From Candidatus Methanomethylophilaceae archaeon (GTDB lineage: Archaea; Thermoplasmatota; Thermoplasmata; Methanomassiliicoccales; Methanomethylophilaceae), in assembly GCA_050950505.1 (NCBI GenBank), contig JBMNHS010000001.1, forward strand, positions 512,001 to 576,000: a DNA stretch of 64,000 bases, in the 5' to 3' direction. The notes under the pieces were generated by a model. It worked only from the letters and a program-made list of their open reading frames with translations, was not told where the DNA came from and ran no database searches. The position numbers and the translations under genes were made by a program. Shown piece by piece: positions 60,317-64,000 of this stretch. Numbering within the stretch: position 1 is the stretch's first letter; each line of letters starts with the position of its first letter.

Positions 60317-61563
60317 TTACGATGACACAATTTTCATACATGCATTTGGGGGAAGAAGGGGATCCGGCAACGGACGTGATTTGCAAATACCGCGTAACCA
60401 CCGATCTTCCCATGGAGAAGGCGGCGGAAGCAATAGCCGCGGAACAGTCCACCGGAACCTGGACGGAGCTGTCCACACTGTCGGCGGAAACCATGAGGAA
60501 ATACAGCGCGAGAGTGCTGGCAATCGAAGGTGATTCGGTCACCATAGCATTCCCTGATGTGGATTTCAGCATAGAAGTGGGGGGAATACCTCAGATTCTC
60601 AGCGTGGTGTCCGGAAACCTGTTCGGGTTGGACGCTCTGCAAAAAGTAAGACTGGAGGACGTAAGATTTCCCAGAAGCATCAAGTCCCAGTTCAAGGGTC
60701 CGAAATTCGGAGCCGACGGACTGAGGGAACTCGTCAGACGCCCGGAAAAACCGTTGATAGGAACCATCGTCAAGCCCAAAATCGGTTTGTCGCCGAAGGA
60801 AACCGCAGAGTACGTTTACGAAGCGGGAGCCGGAGGTCTGACGAACAGCAAGGATGACGAAACCCTTGTGGATCAGGTATTTTGTCCGATGCAGGACCGG
60901 ACTTTGGCCATCGCCGAATCTTTGGACAGGTTGGCCGAAGAAGGTCACAGCATGATTCATGCAATCAACGTCAGCACGGGAGGCGACAAGATTCTTGAAG
61001 TCGCGGAAAGAGCTCAGCACTGGGGTGCGAAGCAACTTATGGTCGACGTGATAACCTGCGGATTCTCCGCCGTTCAGGCACTGGCGGAAGACCCCTCGAT
61101 CAAAGTTCCGATTCATGTGCACAGAACCATGCACGGGGCCATGACCAAAGACCCGAGACACGGCATTGCAATGCTGCCTATTGTCAAAATGACGAGAATG
61201 TGCGGAGGGGACGCATTGCACATAGGAACCCTCGGTGCCGGTAAGATGACCGGCGACATCCAAGGAGACCGCGACAATCTGAACGCCTGTCTGGATCCTT
61301 TGGAACCTTACAGAACCGTCATGCCGGTCAGTTCCGGCGGGGTTTACCCCGGAATGCTGGCAAAGATGATCGAAGAAACGGGATTCAACGTACAGATACA
61401 GGCCGGCGGGGGCGTCGCGGGACATCCCGGCGGCGTAAGAAAAGGAGCAATGGCCATGACTCAGGCCGTAAATGCGCTGTTCGGCGGTTTCACGCTGCAG
61501 GAATATGCCGAGAAACATGAAGAGTTGGCTCAGGCATTGGAAAAATGGGGTGTTAAAGAATGA
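60313..61563 (+). CDS. rbcL: Form III RuBisCO large subunit
   Basis: AAEQSTGTW, GNLFG, KPK, KDDE, HR, H.GT..GK, SGG, QAGGG: recognisable catalytic residues all present. Confidence 0.9.
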   Translation: MITMTQFSYMHLGEEGDPATDVICKYRVTTDLPMEKAAEAIAAEQSTGTWTELSTLSAETMRKYSARVLAIEGDSVTIAFPDVDFSIEVGGIPQILSVVSGNLFGLDALQKVRLEDVRFPRSIKSQFKGPKFGADGLRELVRRPEKPLIGTIVKPKIGLSPKETAEYVYEAGAGGLTNSKDDETLVDQVFCPMQDRTLAIAESLDRLAEEGHSMIHAINVSTGGDKILEVAERAQHWGAKQLMVDVITCGFSAVQALAEDPSIKVPIHVHRTMHGAMTKDPRHGIAMLPIVKMTRMCGGDALHIGTLGAGKMTGDIQGDRDNLNACLDPLEPYRTVMPVSSGGVYPGMLAKMIEETGFNVQIQAGGGVAGHPGGVRKGAMAMTQAVNALFGGFTLQEYAEKHEELAQALEKWGVKE

Positions 61564-63077
61564 AACTCAAAGTCAAGCATTTTGACGTGGACACGTCGGA
61601 ACCCACGGTGTTGTTGAACGACAGCGACTGCATAGAACTCGGAGTGAAGGAAAACGACCGTGTGAGAATAGAGAAGAACGGAGGCGTCGCCACGGCCCTA
61701 GTAAGCACAACCTCCTCATTGGCTCATTCCGGAACCATACTTATGCCGACCAAAACCATGGCGACCGCCGGAGTGAAAGTAGGCAACACGGTCAACGTGG
61801 AATACTCCCCGGCACCGGATTCCGTCCGCAGCATCCGCAAGAAAATGGACGACGGATTGTTGGCGAAAGACGAAATCCACGGAATCGTCCAAGATATTCT
61901 GGACAACAAACTGTCAAAGATAGAAATTTCCGCTTGGCTGACTTCTTTGTACATCAACGGCATGTGCATCGATGAAATCGCCGACTTCGCGACGGCGATG
62001 GTGGATACGGGGGAACGGATAATTTTCGACAGAAAACCCGTGTACGACTTCCACAGCATGGGCGGCGTTCCCGGGAACAAGGTCACGCCCATAGTCGTGT
62101 CGATAGTGGCCGCCGCCGGTCTCATGCTGCCCAAGACATCCTCAAGAGCAATCAGCAGCGCCTGCGGCACCTCGGACTTTGTGGAAACCTTTTGCAACGT
62201 GTCTCTGGATGCCGAGAAACTCAAGGACGTCGCGGAAACCACCGGCGGAGCCTTGGCTTGGGGCGGAGCCATGCATCTGGCTCCCGTTGACGATCTCGTA
62301 ATCAAGATAGAACATCCTTTGGGAATAAATCCCAGGGCGCAGATGCTCGCATCCATTCTCAGCAAAAAACTTGCAATCGGCGCGGAGTATCTCCTTATGG
62401 ACATTCCCATGGGTGCCGGCACCAAAGTTCCGTCTTTGGAAGTCGCCAGGGCTTATGCCAGAGACTTTATGGATTTGGGCGAGAAATTGGGAATGCACAT
62501 AGAATGTGCGATAACCTATGCGGATCAGCCCGTCGGCGCGGCCATCGGACCCAATCTCGAAGCCAGGGAATGCATACGGATTCTGGAAGGGGCGGGACAC
62601 CCGTCGAGCGTGGCCGAAAAAGCCCGCGATCTTGCGGGAATAATTCTTGAAATGGGCGGAATAAGGAACGGGGCGAAGAAAGCCAGAGAGATTCTGGATT
62701 CAGGGGAAGCCATGGCCAAATTCAGGGAAATCGTTCAGGCACAGGACGGAAATTACGATATCAGTTCCGAGGATCTGAAACCCGGAAAGTTCATGGCCGA
62801 AATCCTTTCGACCAAGAGCGGTTACGTTCACGCAATCAATAACAAAAACATCGTGACAATCGCAAGGACCGCAGGTTCCCCCAACGACAAAGGCGCCGGA
62901 TTGCTGCTCCGCCGCAAGAAAGGTCAGAGAGTGGAAGCCGGAGAGGTTCTGTTCGAAATATACGCGGACAACGAAACCAAGCTCAAAAGAGCCGTGGAAG
63001 CCGCGGAAAGACACGATCCGATAAGCATCGAAGGAATGCTCATAAGGCACGTGACGGCGCCCAAAGTGATGAGATGA
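61560..63077 (+). CDS. AMP (NMP) phosphorylase
   Basis: N-terminal barrel, HSMGGVPGNK, PKTSSRAISS.CGT, SKK, KGAG. Confidence 0.92.
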   Translation: MKLKVKHFDVDTSEPTVLLNDSDCIELGVKENDRVRIEKNGGVATALVSTTSSLAHSGTILMPTKTMATAGVKVGNTVNVEYSPAPDSVRSIRKKMDDGLLAKDEIHGIVQDILDNKLSKIEISAWLTSLYINGMCIDEIADFATAMVDTGERIIFDRKPVYDFHSMGGVPGNKVTPIVVSIVAAAGLMLPKTSSRAISSACGTSDFVETFCNVSLDAEKLKDVAETTGGALAWGGAMHLAPVDDLVIKIEHPLGINPRAQMLASILSKKLAIGAEYLLMDIPMGAGTKVPSLEVARAYARDFMDLGEKLGMHIECAITYADQPVGAAIGPNLEARECIRILEGAGHPSSVAEKARDLAGIILEMGGIRNGAKKAREILDSGEAMAKFREIVQAQDGNYDISSEDLKPGKFMAEILSTKSGYVHAINNKNIVTIARTAGSPNDKGAGLLLRRKKGQRVEAGEVLFEIYADNETKLKRAVEAAERHDPISIEGMLIRHVTAPKVMR

Positions 63078-63877
63078 CCAAGTCTCTTTGTCTCACGGTG
63101 GACGTGGACAGGGACGTCAACATTTCCATTCCGGGAAAAATCGAAGCGGGTTCGACGGACAGAGGTCTCGGCACATCCCCCAGATACGCATCCTCGGCCG
63201 AAGGTCTGAAAACACTTACGGATCTTCTCGACGAGATGGGAATCGAAGCGACTTATTTTGCGGAAGGAAGGACTCTGATCAACATCGGAGGCGAACTTTT
63301 GGCGGGACGGGAAGTGGGCATTCACGGCATGGATCACGAAGATTTCACCGCAGATATTCCGGTCGAAGAAAAAGAAAAAATCCTGAACGAATCGTATAGG
63401 ACCGTGAAAGACGTTCTCGGAATCAATCCCGTATGTTCGAGAATGCCTTACATGAAAATTTCTCCCGATATTCCCGGGATACTGACCGGATTGGGAATAA
63501 AATACGATTCTTCGGAATACCGTGCGATAGGGGAACGGATGTTTCCCCACCGTCTCGGCGGATTGACGGAAGTGCCGGTCCCCGTCTCCACCGACTCGGA
63601 AGGAAAAAAGATAGTGGGCTATCTCTGGCCGATGCACGAAGGAAAAAGAAAACCTTCCGATTATGCCCGTATGGCATCAGAAACAAACCAAGGGATATTT
63701 GTTTTGGCGACCCACAGTTGGCATATGGCCGAATCCGTCAAAAACGGAATTCTGTCAAAAGAAGAAAAGGAATTCAACCGGGACAACGTCAGAAAGACCC
63801 TGGAACTTCTCCTTGACGGCGGTTATGTCTTTGAAACCATTCCCGGCGCAATCCGACGTAACATGCGCGCGCCTTAA
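63074..63877 (+). CDS. Polysaccharide deacetylase (NodB/CE4)-like protein
   Basis: LTVDVD, ATYF.EG, HG..H, R.PY, YDSS, HSWH. Confidence 0.8.
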   Translation: MTKSLCLTVDVDRDVNISIPGKIEAGSTDRGLGTSPRYASSAEGLKTLTDLLDEMGIEATYFAEGRTLINIGGELLAGREVGIHGMDHEDFTADIPVEEKEKILNESYRTVKDVLGINPVCSRMPYMKISPDIPGILTGLGIKYDSSEYRAIGERMFPHRLGGLTEVPVPVSTDSEGKKIVGYLWPMHEGKRKPSDYARMASETNQGIFVLATHSWHMAESVKNGILSKEEKEFNRDNVRKTLELLLDGGYVFETIPGAIRRNMRAP

Positions 63878-63914
63878 GGTAATAAATATAAACGCATGTA
63901 CTCTCAAGGGTTGC

Positions 63915-64000
63915 ATGACCGCTGAACTCATACTAGGCAAGGAAATCTCCGAAGAGATATACGGGGAACTCGAAGCCAGGATAGCGGCGCTTAAGGAAAA
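63915..64000 (+). CDS. Probable FolD N-terminus (truncated by window edge)
   Basis: MTAELILGKEISEEIYGELEARIAALKE resembles the FolD start; only 28 codons visible. Confidence 0.55.
   Translation, partial: MTAELILGKEISEEIYGELEARIAALKE

Noticed and set aside
60313-61563. RuBisCO-like protein (form IV) of methionine salvage
   Set aside because: Catalytic residues including the loop-6 Lys are present, and it is flanked by R15P isomerase and AMP phosphorylase

Overview
Compact, mostly housekeeping chromosomal segment of an archaeon. It is most likely a Methanomassiliicoccales methanogen (inference from aIF5B/aIF2-gamma, GINS, RPA, PAN, PCNA, TFS, methanogenesis marker 8, HdrBC-like genes, Thermoplasmata-type transketolase/transaldolase, and no TAG stop codons). 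About 65 CDS and one tRNA-Lys(CTT) are supported. An accessory block of about 6.6 kb (about 5960-12560) lies next to the tRNA 3' end. It carries a putative RiPP system: a 61-aa (SCGS)x4 Cys-rich precursor, a radical SAM/SPASM maturase and a nitroreductase, with a divergent HxlR regulator. It also holds an MFS-UspA fusion, a DUF5714-like Cys-rich protein, and a DUF1638-like gene preceded by a perfect 34-bp x3 tandem repeat. Other notable items are a structured leader of about 135 nt (candidate cis-regulatory RNA or uORF) before an isolated purL, a ThiI catalytic-domain gene that must start at CTG coupled to an unannotated 52-aa ORF, a dsRBD-less RNase III, and a contiguous R15P isomerase-form III RuBisCO-AMP phosphorylase operon. 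All family calls come from motif recognition; no searches were run.
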